A DNA stretch of 52,070 nucleotides from a virus (lineage: Duplodnaviria; Caudoviricetes): positions 1-52,070 of IMG/VR virus record IMGVR_UViG_3300036852_000324; one strand, 5' to 3'. The position numbers were made by a program, and so were the translations under genes. Below are positions 26,910-35,455 of the stretch, one piece after another. The stretch's first letter is position 1. Every line of letters begins with the position of its first letter. The notes under the pieces were generated by a model. The model had not been told where the DNA came from and searched no databases. It was given only the letters and a program-made list of their open reading frames with translations.

Positions 26910-28910
26910 ATGTCGAGGATCCTCTTCAGGGCGTTCGGCGGAGCGCCTCTGGCTCCGGTCCCACTTCCACTTGCCGGCAGTGGGAAGATCATCGAATTCG
27001 ATCCGCCGGGTGCGATCGGTCTCCCGCTCCGTGATGCGGTCGTGCTGTTCCGGTTCGATGAGACTGACCTCGTCTCCGGTCCGGCCGATGCGGCGCGCAC
27101 CGTAGGGGACCTTCTACCGTTCTCCGGCGGTGTCATCCCGGTCGTGGGGGATGGCGTCTGCGGGCGAACTAGGGTGTTCGTGCCTTCGCCGGCCGCCGCA
27201 TTCATCGGAGATGACCTCGCCGACAAGTCCTCCCTGCTGACTCGGGACATGACCATACAGGTAATCCTGTCGATGGACGCCGCAGCGCAGAGCGCCTCCG
27301 GTCACGCCGGCATGGTTGTGGCCCGCGGGACTGGTTCCGCGGCTGCGCAGTACCGGTGCTATGGTCTCGAGATCGTAGTCGATAGTGCCACGTCCTTCCT
27401 GTTCACGATGCGGTGGGTCTGGCAGGACACCGCGGGCGTCGACAAGACGCAGACCGGCGCGCAGTTCTCGATGCCGCCGCCCCTCGGTACCGACTTCACC
27501 ATGCTCACCGCGACTCGCCGGTGGGTCTCGCCGACCGAGGTCGTACTTCGCTACTACATCGGGGACCTCTTCCTCGGCGAGGTCGTCAGCGCGGACGGCT
27601 CGATCGGCGGCGGCACCCTGGGGAGGTTCCTGGTCGGGGCGGCTCCGTCCTCCGGCAACAACCGGGAGTTCGCTGGCGCGATCGACGAGCTTCTGATCCT
27701 CGACCACGAGATCTCGCACGAGGAAGTGGAGGCCACGTGGCTGCGCATCACCAGGTGGCAACCCCTGGGATATCAGCTGATTAGAGAGCTTCACGACAAG
27801 GGGCACCCGAACAGTCCTGACCCGGGAACCGATGTCCAGCTCGACCTCCGCATGACCGGCAATGCGCTCGGCTACGCCGCCGCAAGAGCGGAGGACGTAC
27901 GCGCCAACATCCTTCCCCAGCGCGCCTACGGGTCTGTACTCGAGGACTGGGAGGAGGTCGTCCGGGTCACACCTGAGCCCCAGCAGGACATCGATACGCG
28001 GCGCGCGCGCGTCCTGGCCAAGATCCGTCAGCGCCTGGGCAGCTCGCTCCCTGGGTTCGGTGATGCGCTCGCGGGCCTACTCGGCGGCGGCGCCATCACC
28101 GACCTGGAATTCCTGGCGTTCTCCAACCAGATCGACACCGACTTCGCTACCATCGATCCCCTGCGATGGGACGAGACGCCTACCACGGCGTTCTCGGTCG
28201 TCTCTGGCGCGGCGTCCTGTCAGCCCGGTGCTGGAACGTTCCTGATGAACGGAGTTACGCGGACCTGGGTGACCCTGCGCCAGACGGTAGGCGGAGACGC
28301 CAAGCAGGCGCATGCGCTGACGAAGCTCGTGTTTACGACGCCCCAGTCGGTGGCTGAGGCCGGGATCTACTTCGAGAATGCCGGAGCGGGCAACTACCTT
28401 CTGCTCGGACTACGGGACGACGCGGGCTCGTTCAAGATCCAGACGGAGATATTCCTGGGCGGCGTCTCGCAGGGCCTGGTTCTCCAGGCGACCCTGGGCG
28501 CCAACCCGGCGGCGGTGTGGCTTCACCTCTACCAGACCGTGGTCGATGGTACGTGGAAGGCGGAGTGGTCGGTCACCAGCGGAACCACCGGCTTCACGTC
28601 CTCGGCAAACATCACGTTCCCGACCGCGGCGCACTGGACCGGATGCTATCTGCGCTCGACCGGGGCCATCGCCGCTCCGCGCGCCGACTTCGACGACCAC
28701 AAGCTCTACGAGCCGTTCAGCGGTCGGCCATTCAACGCGTACATCTTGCTCGATCGTTCGCTCGGTTTCTCGCCGGACATCGACGGCGCAAACGATGTCA
28801 TCTCCGCGATCAAGCACGGATTTGTGCATGGCGCGTTCATCACGAATCCGGTCCTTCTGGCGGACGATCCTGACGGCGGTGCGGATGTCGCACCTACCGG
28901 TGGGTACTGA
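26910..28910 (+). CDS. Baseplate wedge gp48/DUF2313-like protein flanked by LamG/ConA-like domains
   Basis: LFRFDE and FAGAIDELLI (LamG); LEDWEEVV...IDTRRARVLAK (gp48/P2 I-like). Confidence 0.7.
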   Translation: MSRILFRAFGGAPLAPVPLPLAGSGKIIEFDPPGAIGLPLRDAVVLFRFDETDLVSGPADAARTVGDLLPFSGGVIPVVGDGVCGRTRVFVPSPAAAFIGDDLADKSSLLTRDMTIQVILSMDAAAQSASGHAGMVVARGTGSAAAQYRCYGLEIVVDSATSFLFTMRWVWQDTAGVDKTQTGAQFSMPPPLGTDFTMLTATRRWVSPTEVVLRYYIGDLFLGEVVSADGSIGGGTLGRFLVGAAPSSGNNREFAGAIDELLILDHEISHEEVEATWLRITRWQPLGYQLIRELHDKGHPNSPDPGTDVQLDLRMTGNALGYAAARAEDVRANILPQRAYGSVLEDWEEVVRVTPEPQQDIDTRRARVLAKIRQRLGSSLPGFGDALAGLLGGGAITDLEFLAFSNQIDTDFATIDPLRWDETPTTAFSVVSGAASCQPGAGTFLMNGVTRTWVTLRQTVGGDAKQAHALTKLVFTTPQSVAEAGIYFENAGAGNYLLLGLRDDAGSFKIQTEIFLGGVSQGLVLQATLGANPAAVWLHLYQTVVDGTWKAEWSVTSGTTGFTSSANITFPTAAHWTGCYLRSTGAIAAPRADFDDHKLYEPFSGRPFNAYILLDRSLGFSPDIDGANDVISAIKHGFVHGAFITNPVLLADDPDGGADVAPTGGY

Positions 28911-28925
28911 AGCATCATGATGCAC

Positions 28926-28955
28926 TTGACATCAAAAGATGCAATTGTTAACAGT
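28926..28955 (+). promoter_or_regulatory. Putative sigma70 promoter (TTGACA -35) for first lipoprotein-like gene
   Basis: TTGACA at 28926, weak -10 (TAACAG/AACAGT); GTG start 36 nt from the -35. Confidence 0.5.
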
Positions 28956-28961
28956 GTGCAC

Positions 28962-29636
28962 GTGAAGACCTCTCTCGTCGTGTTACTTGCCGTGTTGTCA
29001 TCCTGCGGAGATGACCTCATTGGGCATCCCGATTCCGCTTTACCGACCGAAGATGCGGTCATCGACAACTCTGTCGAGCAAGGATGCATGGGTAATCTAC
29101 CGACGAGTCGCACTGTGACCATCAACCCGGGGGATCCGATCCCCGGTACTATCATAAACGAGCTTCAGGACATGGTGGTCGGAGGACGACGCCCTTCCTA
29201 TACGGTCAAGATCCCGTTCAGGTCCCTGGTGCAGACCTCCTCCACTGGAGCCCTTACAGTGGTCGACAATCCATCTGGAGGGACACAGCCATTTCAGGTA
29301 GTGAAATTCATATCCCCTGGATCCCTGGGTTGTCGAATAGCTCTACCGTTCACGATCGGGGATACGCTAACGGCGTTCTCCATGGACGTATACGGTAACG
29401 GTGTGGTCGACTCCAACGCGGATCTCGAGGTCAGGGACCAGGCCGGCGCATCCGTTGCTTCCCTGGCTACGGTATCCTCAGGCGCTCTACCTGCGTCTTG
29501 GTCGGTCATATCGGTCGCAACATCCTCCACCCTTCCCAGGGTCATGCTGATCACCGATGTCCTCGTGATTCGTCCATTTACTGCAGCAGCCGGAACCCTG
29601 CACTACGGACACGCCTACCTGACCTTCAGGAGATAG
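28962..29636 (+). CDS. Lipoprotein-signal-bearing tail-fibre-like protein (paralogue 1); possible internal start 29088
   Basis: MKTSLVVLLAVLSS-C lipobox-like; IPGTIINELQDMVVG resembles tail-fibre N-terminal attachment motif; occupies Mu gp49 slot. Confidence 0.6.
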   Translation: MKTSLVVLLAVLSSCGDDLIGHPDSALPTEDAVIDNSVEQGCMGNLPTSRTVTINPGDPIPGTIINELQDMVVGGRRPSYTVKIPFRSLVQTSSTGALTVVDNPSGGTQPFQVVKFISPGSLGCRIALPFTIGDTLTAFSMDVYGNGVVDSNADLEVRDQAGASVASLATVSSGALPASWSVISVATSSTLPRVMLITDVLVIRPFTAAAGTLHYGHAYLTFRR

Positions 29637-29644
29637 TTAGCAAT

Positions 29645-29672
29645 ATACGTACCCAATTACATGGGTACGTAT
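29645..29672. terminator. 11-bp inverted repeat ATACGTACCCA-attaca-TGGGTACGTAT (terminator or operator)
   Basis: Perfect stem just after the stop of paralogue 1; no clear U-tract. Confidence 0.5.
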
Positions 29673-29685
29673 GTGCAATAGGTAG

Positions 29686-29715
29686 TTGACGCCACGCACA
29701 CCGCAGTACTAGGTA
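29686..29715 (+). promoter_or_regulatory. Putative sigma70 promoter (TTGACG -35) for second lipoprotein-like gene
   Basis: TTGACG at 29686; ATG 36 nt downstream; no SD. Confidence 0.45.
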
Positions 29716-29721
29716 TCAGGC

Positions 29722-30459
29722 ATGCCAGCAAAATACCTAGTAGCCATGTGCGTGGCGTCCTGTTCTACATATCAATCATCATCACCGGACGCAAGGGTCG
29801 GACCGGTGAGGGGGCTAGATAGAGCCGAGACCGACTGCGGGATAGTTCCCTGCTGTTGGCCGGGAGGTCCACCGGACGAGGGCAACTGCCCTCCTCGTCC
29901 TGCCAATGCGTACGTGCCGAACCTTCCCGACGGAAGAAGCGTCACCCTGAATTCGGGAGATCCGATCCCGGTCGAACTTCTCAACGAGCTTCAGGACATG
30001 ATCGTAGGATCGAGGAGGACCACATTTGTATCCAGGATACCGATGCGGTCCCTGGTCCAGTCCTCGCCTGACGGCCGGATTACTTTGGCGACCAATCCAG
30101 CCGTAGGGGCATCCGCGCAGGTTGTGAAATTCACCACCACGGGAGGCGAGTTCGAGAGAGTTTGCATCCCGACCGAGGTAGGCGACACCATCATGTCCGG
30201 CGCGATCGAGGTCTGGGGCAACGGAGCGATGGATCCGCTCATAGACCTGAAGGTCAGGGACAAGAACGACGCCCTCGTTCAATTCGTTGCCCAGTCCAGC
30301 TCATTCAACCTCCCGGCTTCGTGGACCAACGTGTCGATAGTCAATCAGGTGTCCACCAGAACCCTGCTGGCTACCGATGTTCTGTGTCTTGACTTCGGTT
30401 TCACCACTTCACCGGGATCGCTTTACCTCAACAATCTGTATCTTACGTTCGTCCACTAG
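29722..30459 (+). CDS. Signal-peptide/lipoprotein-like tail-fibre paralogue 2
   Basis: MPAKYLVAMCVAS-C; NLPDGRSVTLNSGDPIPVELLNELQDMIVG and the rest align collinearly with paralogue 1. Confidence 0.6.
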   Translation: MPAKYLVAMCVASCSTYQSSSPDARVGPVRGLDRAETDCGIVPCCWPGGPPDEGNCPPRPANAYVPNLPDGRSVTLNSGDPIPVELLNELQDMIVGSRRTTFVSRIPMRSLVQSSPDGRITLATNPAVGASAQVVKFTTTGGEFERVCIPTEVGDTIMSGAIEVWGNGAMDPLIDLKVRDKNDALVQFVAQSSSFNLPASWTNVSIVNQVSTRTLLATDVLCLDFGFTTSPGSLYLNNLYLTFVH

Positions 30460-30510
30460 GGCGGAATCTTCTTCTTGTGCCTACCGTCCGGTGCATGTAA
30501 CCAGGATGGG

Positions 30511-30975
30511 ATGGCTCACCGATCCCGCACCCCACCAATAGGGATGCCCGTCTCCATTTCACCGGTCGGACCGGATGACCCGGTGGAGACGATGCGCATC
30601 CTCACTCGCAGATCTCACGACACGCAGCGCAACACCGAGACGACGCTCGACCGGGTAGACGGTCTTCGAATCGAGCTAGGTGGACGCATCGACCAGCTCG
30701 ATGCGCAGATCGCGGAGGTCGCGGTCGGTAGCGCCAGGGTCGAGGGCAAGCTCGACATCCTGGTCGGCGCCGTCAGCCGATCGCTTGACGCACAAAGCCA
30801 GGGCCACATTTCAGCAATCACGGCCAGGATCGAGATGGAGCGAACTGACCAGCTGGCATCCATCAACGCCCGCAGGGAGCGTTGGAAGCTTGCCCAAAAC
30901 GTAATCATCAAGGCCATCGCCGGCATTGGTGTAGCGTGGGCCGCAATTGCCACCGCCATCGCGAAGGGATGCTGA
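30511..30975 (+). CDS. Coiled-coil protein with C-terminal TM (lysis-associated/holin-like)
   Basis: C-terminal hydrophobic helix; first gene of lysis cassette. Confidence 0.5.
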   Translation: MAHRSRTPPIGMPVSISPVGPDDPVETMRILTRRSHDTQRNTETTLDRVDGLRIELGGRIDQLDAQIAEVAVGSARVEGKLDILVGAVSRSLDAQSQGHISAITARIEMERTDQLASINARRERWKLAQNVIIKAIAGIGVAWAAIATAIAKGC

Positions 30976-31442
30976 TGCTGTTCGAGATCCTAGCTGGCGT
31001 CGGCGCAGTCGGTACCGCGGCAGGATGGCTATTCGCCTGGAGATCTCGCGGAGAAGCTCTGGCGGCCCGCGGCGATGCCAACGCGGCAGGTGAGCGGGCC
31101 AGGATGGCCGAGGTCAAGTCCGCCGCCATGGAGCAGCAAGCCCTCGACGCGGAGTCCCGTGCGGCCGTCGCCGTCATTCAATACAAGTCCACAGCGACCG
31201 ACCTCGAGATCACACAGCAGGACCTCCTTCGGGAGCGAATCCTAAGAGGAGATCTACTTGATAAGCTTGCAAAACTTGGCGCTCCTGTCGGCGATGAGCT
31301 GCTGGACAGCACCATCCGCCGGCTGTACGAGAACCGTCACCGTCCGGGAAACGCAAACAGTCCGAGTCCCGGTGCCGGTGGAGATCTATCGGGTGTGCCC
31401 AGCGACCCTGCCAAGCCTCCCGCCGCCACCGGAAAGAGCTGA
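30975..31442 (+). CDS. Inner-membrane spanin (Rz-like)
   Basis: N-terminal TM followed by coiled-coil; overlapped by a lipoprotein ORF in +1 frame. Confidence 0.65.
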   Translation: MLFEILAGVGAVGTAAGWLFAWRSRGEALAARGDANAAGERARMAEVKSAAMEQQALDAESRAAVAVIQYKSTATDLEITQQDLLRERILRGDLLDKLAKLGAPVGDELLDSTIRRLYENRHRPGNANSPSPGAGGDLSGVPSDPAKPPAATGKS

Positions 31443-31581
31443 TGGCGTTCGCTGTACGGAAGCGTTCGGCAAGGGGTCGGCTTGCTATAACCCCGAGGGC
31501 TCCATTCGCATGGCGGCCCTCCTGATGGTCCTGACCGGGGTGTACGAAGCCCGCGAGGCCTGCGGCACTGCCAAACCGTAG
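31258..31581 (+). CDS. Outer-membrane lipoprotein spanin (Rz1-like)
   Basis: Hydrophobic leader with Cys (AMSC or SAGC), Pro-rich mature part; GAGGAG SD; overlaps Rz-like gene. Confidence 0.65.
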   Translation: MISLQNLALLSAMSCWTAPSAGCTRTVTVRETQTVRVPVPVEIYRVCPATLPSLPPPPERADGVRCTEAFGKGSACYNPEGSIRMAALLMVLTGVYEAREACGTAKP

Positions 31582-31621
31582 ACTGGACTCCGACCACCGG
31601 ATCGTGGCAACACCGGAGTAC

Positions 31622-32059
31622 ATGACCAAACGAATCCTGCAGTCACTTGGAGTACTCGCCGTTCTGGCCCTGTACGTGGGAACCGCGCTGGCCGCCGATG
31701 CCCCACCGAGCCCGGACGCTGACGCCGCCGGATGGATCAAGGCCCTCTACGAGGCGGTCACCAGTAAGAACTGGGGCCTCGTGGCCGGCGTGGTCCTGAT
31801 CGGCCTGGTGTATCCGCTGCGCCGGTTCGGTCCGTCGATATTCAAGACGGGATTTGGCGGGATTGTTCTGGCGTTTCTGACGTCTCTGGCCGGCACGTTC
31901 GGCATCGCCCTGGCCGCGGGAGCGAAGCCCAACCTGGCCATGATCGTAACCGCCGTAACCACCGCGGCGACGGCCGCCGGGTTATGGCAATGGATCAAGG
32001 ACCACATCCCTGGGATGCAGGAGGTCGCCGACAAGGCGGTCGAGAAGAAGGCGTCGTGA
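31622..32059 (+). CDS. Holin-like multi-TM protein
   Basis: 3-4 hydrophobic segments; directly upstream of endolysin. Confidence 0.65.
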   Translation: MTKRILQSLGVLAVLALYVGTALAADAPPSPDADAAGWIKALYEAVTSKNWGLVAGVVLIGLVYPLRRFGPSIFKTGFGGIVLAFLTSLAGTFGIALAAGAKPNLAMIVTAVTTAATAAGLWQWIKDHIPGMQEVADKAVEKKAS

Positions 32060-32793
32060 AGATCGATCCACTGTTCATCGACACCTACGCGGGCGATAGG
32101 CCCTGCGACTGGGCGCGTTTTATCGCCGCGGGTCCGCCCTGGCATGGCGCCATCTTCAAGATGTCCGAGGGCCTTCGATACGAATACGCGGCCTGGGTCA
32201 GTCGACAGCGCGCCCTGTTCGTGGCCAGCGAGCGCTATGGCGTCGACCTGTTCGACGGGCTCTACCACTACCTCGACATTGGCGCGAGCGGAGCCATGCA
32301 GGCGGAGTGGTTCTGGTCCCTGACGCAGAACGCCGGCGGAGAGAAGATCGGAACCCTGTGGGGGATGGTTGACGTGGAGCGCTCCGGGCAGCGCGTTCCG
32401 TTGACCAGGTCCCGGGTCACCGACTGCATCGGATCCTTCGCAAACCGGTACGAGCAGCTCGCGGGCCGCAAGGCCACGCTGTACGGCGGAGAGCTGCTGC
32501 GCGCGATCGGCGCGCAGGGCCTGTACGGCTGCGGGCGTTCGGCGGTTGCCATGTACTCCACCGAGCTGCACGGCAAGGGCGAGTCAACCGAGCACTTCCT
32601 ACGCCGAACGGGAACCGACCTGGCGCACCTGCTGTTCTGGCAGTACGACGGCACCGAGGCTAGCACTGGCCCGGTCGGGTACCCGCGCGCGGCTCCCGGA
32701 TGCCCGAATGTCGACATCTCGGCGCTGGTAGTGCCCCAGGGAATTGCGGGGCTGCGTTCTATGATCTGGCCTGAAGATCCCGCGGGCCGCTAG
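32056..32793 (+). CDS. Endolysin, GH25 muramidase-like
   Basis: FIDT, IFKMSEG, GLYHY, MVDVE, LFWQY, NVDIS match GH25 (DxE catalytic motif). Confidence 0.8.
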   Translation: MKIDPLFIDTYAGDRPCDWARFIAAGPPWHGAIFKMSEGLRYEYAAWVSRQRALFVASERYGVDLFDGLYHYLDIGASGAMQAEWFWSLTQNAGGEKIGTLWGMVDVERSGQRVPLTRSRVTDCIGSFANRYEQLAGRKATLYGGELLRAIGAQGLYGCGRSAVAMYSTELHGKGESTEHFLRRTGTDLAHLLFWQYDGTEASTGPVGYPRAAPGCPNVDISALVVPQGIAGLRSMIWPEDPAGR

Positions 32794-33210
32794 CTCCGCC
32801 CTCTTCTTCTGAATCCTGGCCCTCCGCAGATCGTTACCGCGCTGTTTCACGTAGCGTATATACGTATCCGGGTCGGCCGCTTTCATCTTCGCCGCTTGGT
32901 GGTCTGGATGATATCGACGGTCGGTTCCGGGCATGCCGCACTTGGAGCATCGAATACGACCGTCAATGGGGGGAATTACGGCCCCCCTGACCCGGATATA
33001 CCTGCGTTCTCCAATAAACTTGGCGCCCCGGAACGTCACGCATCCAACATCAATCAGCCACGCCAGTACATACCAACACTGACGCTCACCATAGGATCCG
33101 TAGTCCGATCGGAAGTCCTCGAAGATCTCGTGGGCCGTCTTTCCGAACCGGTCGACGTGTTCGAGCATGATCTCCCGCTTCATGCGGGCCTCACTACGGG
33201 TCGGCATCAT
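32599..33210 (-). CDS. Hypothetical nucleic-acid-binding protein (wHTH-like + CxxC knuckle)
   Basis: Last gene of the coupled - strand operon; CSKCGMPG; 3' end overlaps endolysin antisense. Confidence 0.55.
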   Translation of the reverse strand: MMPTRSEARMKREIMLEHVDRFGKTAHEIFEDFRSDYGSYGERQCWYVLAWLIDVGCVTFRGAKFIGERRYIRVRGAVIPPIDGRIRCSKCGMPGTDRRYHPDHQAAKMKAADPDTYIRYVKQRGNDLRRARIQKKRAELAARGIFRPDHRTQPRNSLGHYQRRDVDIRASGSRARVPDRASASLGAVVLPEQQVRQVGSRSA

Positions 33211-33533
33211 CCCTCCACGATCTGGATGACGCTAGCTCCTGCATCCTGTCGGAGGCGATCGATCTCCCTTTCGCATCGAGCGAGCGCCTTGACCAGGGCT
33301 CCGATCTGGTCCCCTAGATCCTGAACCTCCCAGTCGAGGGAGTCGATCAACTCACTGGCCATGCGCTTCTCGATCTTGGCGGACTCGAGTGACCGATGAT
33401 ACATCTCCTCGAACAGGTCAGCGCTGGCGGCGTTCTCGACTGCGACCGAGGACCAGTTCTCGGCGATCTCTGTCAGGGCTTGGTGCTGTTCCGCGAGTTC
33501 ATCAAGAAAATGTGGGCCGATATCGTCGCTCAT
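33207..33533 (-). CDS. Acidic coiled-coil hypothetical protein
   Basis: ATGA overlaps. Confidence 0.6.
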   Translation of the reverse strand: MSDDIGPHFLDELAEQHQALTEIAENWSSVAVENAASADLFEEMYHRSLESAKIEKRMASELIDSLDWEVQDLGDQIGALVKALARCEREIDRLRQDAGASVIQIVEG

Positions 33534-33958
33534 CTCGGCCTCCGCTCTGAGGCCGCGATGACGGCGGAGATGGCGGCGGCCACCTCTTCCTCGGACTTCC
33601 ATAGGGGATGGTGGTTCTCTCGGTCCACGGTTCCGAATGCGTTTCTCAGTCGGGCGATATCCGCCGCCCGCTTGGCGCGCATCGCAAGCCATCGTCTTCC
33701 GGCGTCGATCACGGTGACGACTGGACCGAGTAGCATGCCGAGATCGTTCAGGGCGCTCTGGGAGATTTCAAGCTGCCGTGAGTCCTCGGCGTGCATCTGC
33801 TCGAGGGTCTTGATTCTCTTCTCTGTATGCTCAAGGCACTTCTCGGTGGTGTGCCCATCGAAGACATGCTTGGCGATGGCTCCGTCGACAACGCACGTCA
33901 TCTCCAGGATCGCCTGGCACAGTGGGCAGCGCTTGCGACCGATCGGCGTCGTGCTCAT
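33530..33958 (-). CDS. Hypothetical protein (CxxC...HxxxxC)
   Basis: AGGAG SD, ATGA overlaps. Confidence 0.6.
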   Translation of the reverse strand: MSTTPIGRKRCPLCQAILEMTCVVDGAIAKHVFDGHTTEKCLEHTEKRIKTLEQMHAEDSRQLEISQSALNDLGMLLGPVVTVIDAGRRWLAMRAKRAADIARLRNAFGTVDRENHHPLWKSEEEVAAAISAVIAASERRPR

Positions 33959-34155
33959 ACCGGACTCCTGAATGCGCCGGTTCCCGTCGGACGCACGAGA
34001 GACATCTCCTCGGGCACGACGATGATCCGCACGAGCCTTGCGCCCTTGCCCGGAGGCGTGATGGTGGTTTGCAGTTGCGTTATCTCTCCGCTCGTCGCGG
34101 CGTCCAGCATCGCGGCGATCAGCAGAGATTCGAATTCCTGGGCTGCTGTGCTCAT
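33955..34155 (-). CDS. Hypothetical protein
   Basis: GGAG SD, ATGA overlaps. Confidence 0.55.
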   Translation of the reverse strand: MSTAAQEFESLLIAAMLDAATSGEITQLQTTITPPGKGARLVRIIVVPEEMSLVRPTGTGAFRSPV

Positions 34156-34397
34156 GGTCTCCGCCTTATGCTGGGAACCGACCACCAGTCCTGCGCCATC
34201 CGCCGCTTACCGGTGATCCGGATACGATCGATAATCCGGTCCGCGTAGTCGTTATTGCTCTCGCCGGGCCACTTCCCGACGCCGAACTCCCTGCCCAGCT
34301 TATCGAGCGCCTTGGTGCGCGAGGCGTGCCGCCATGCGATGAGGGTGCACAGCCCGGAGATCGCCACCAAGAGGCAAGCAATGGCGATGCCGATCAT
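34152..34397 (-). CDS. Single-TM protein with baseplate-wedge-like LDxxG...GExxxxYxxRI motif
   Basis: N-terminal TM; LDKLGREFGVGKWPGESNNDYADRI. Confidence 0.55.
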   Translation of the reverse strand: MIGIAIACLLVAISGLCTLIAWRHASRTKALDKLGREFGVGKWPGESNNDYADRIIDRIRITGKRRMAQDWWSVPSIRRRP

Positions 34398-34738
34398 TCT
34401 GACCCCTCCCTGTCTGGAGTCTCTGAGTAGTTGCTCTGACCGAACATCATCACGCGGATACTCTGGCGATCTCGAGCAGTCGAACATTCTTCGACCGGGA
34501 TCAGGAGGTTCACCGAGAAGATCTCGATGCGCGCCACGGTCAGGCCATCACTCGGTTCATCGAGCGCTACCGCATGACAGCCAGCTGGAACCACCAGGTT
34601 GGACTTCAGGATCTCCCGAACCGGAGACGGCCTGAGGACGCGGTCTAGCGCCTCGATCCGGCCGGCGGTCTCCGTGATGGTCCCCGTGCGGCCCTGGTGC
34701 TCGCCGCGGGCGATCTTGACGCGGTCTCCGACCTTCAT
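34394..34738 (-). CDS. KOW-motif protein
   Basis: MKVGDRVKIARGEHQGRTGTI. Confidence 0.7.
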   Translation of the reverse strand: MKVGDRVKIARGEHQGRTGTITETAGRIEALDRVLRPSPVREILKSNLVVPAGCHAVALDEPSDGLTVARIEIFSVNLLIPVEECSTARDRQSIRVMMFGQSNYSETPDREGSE

Positions 34739-35001
34739 CGCAGACCATCCAGCAGCTGGCGAGCGAAATTTCCGATAGCCTCCGGCGGTCGGTCGCTGAT
34801 GGCGGCCTCCATTCGGAGTGCGGCCTCGAGCTTGCGCAACCTGGGAAAGCTCTGCACGGCATGCTTCGCATAGGCCCCGATCTTGACGGGTACCCCCGAC
34901 CCAGCCAGGTCCCGGCGGTCGTGCTCCAATGGCGCGATCTCCTCCCCCGTGAATCGTAGGGTGATGGCCTTGGCTTTCTTCTTTGGTTTCTTTTGTGGCA
35001 T
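34735..35001 (-). CDS. Small DNA-binding regulator (ribbon-helix-helix-like)
   Basis: Basic N-terminus, ITLRF beta-strand then helices; first gene after TTGACA promoter. Confidence 0.55.
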   Translation of the reverse strand: MPQKKPKKKAKAITLRFTGEEIAPLEHDRRDLAGSGVPVKIGAYAKHAVQSFPRLRKLEAALRMEAAISDRPPEAIGNFARQLLDGLR

Positions 35002-35064
35002 GAGATGACTATGTATTCACATTGCATCAAATGTCAACACTCGCATCTGTGGTACGCTGACGCC
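35002..35064. promoter_or_regulatory. Divergent promoter region (TTGACA on - strand at 35037-35032; TGgTACGCT extended -10 on + strand at 35050-35058)
   Basis: AT-rich intergenic gap between divergent ATGs at 35001 and 35065. Confidence 0.55.
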
Positions 35065-35259
35065 ATGTCCTACGTCCTGCCTCCCAACAACGCCATCGCC
35101 GCCATCACGGACCTGAACCAGCCGGAGTCCGTTCGCCGGGCGATCTATGAGACCGATCTCGAGCTGCAGCTCGCGGACTACAACAACACGCCGGAGGGAT
35201 CCGGTCCGGTGCGTGGGTGGGGTGGCCGTGGCCACCGGACTGGAGCGCATCGCCGATGA
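35065..35259 (+). CDS. Small hypothetical protein (MSYVLPPNNAIAA...), possibly truncated
   Basis: Typical codon usage in first ~45 codons, then degenerates. Confidence 0.45.
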   Translation: MSYVLPPNNAIAAITDLNQPESVRRAIYETDLELQLADYNNTPEGSGPVRGWGGRGHRTGAHRR

Positions 35260-35455
35260 AGGCCGTAGGCATGCTGGCGGTCCTCGCTGGATGCCTTTTG
35301 GTCGTGCTTCAGATCTGGGCGATGTTTCAGTAACCTGCAACGATGTCCAGGATCCTGTTCAAGGCGTTCTCGGTGACGCTCGTGTCTCTTCCGGCTGGCC
35401 TGCAGGCTACGGTCACCGCAAAGGCCAGCTACCCTCTGACGATCAGGGCAAAAAT

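Noticed and set aside
28962-30459. Diversity-generating retroelement or Gin-type invertible fibre cassette
   Set aside because: No reverse transcriptase or invertase recognised; paralogues are in the same orientation and diverge throughout rather than at adenines only
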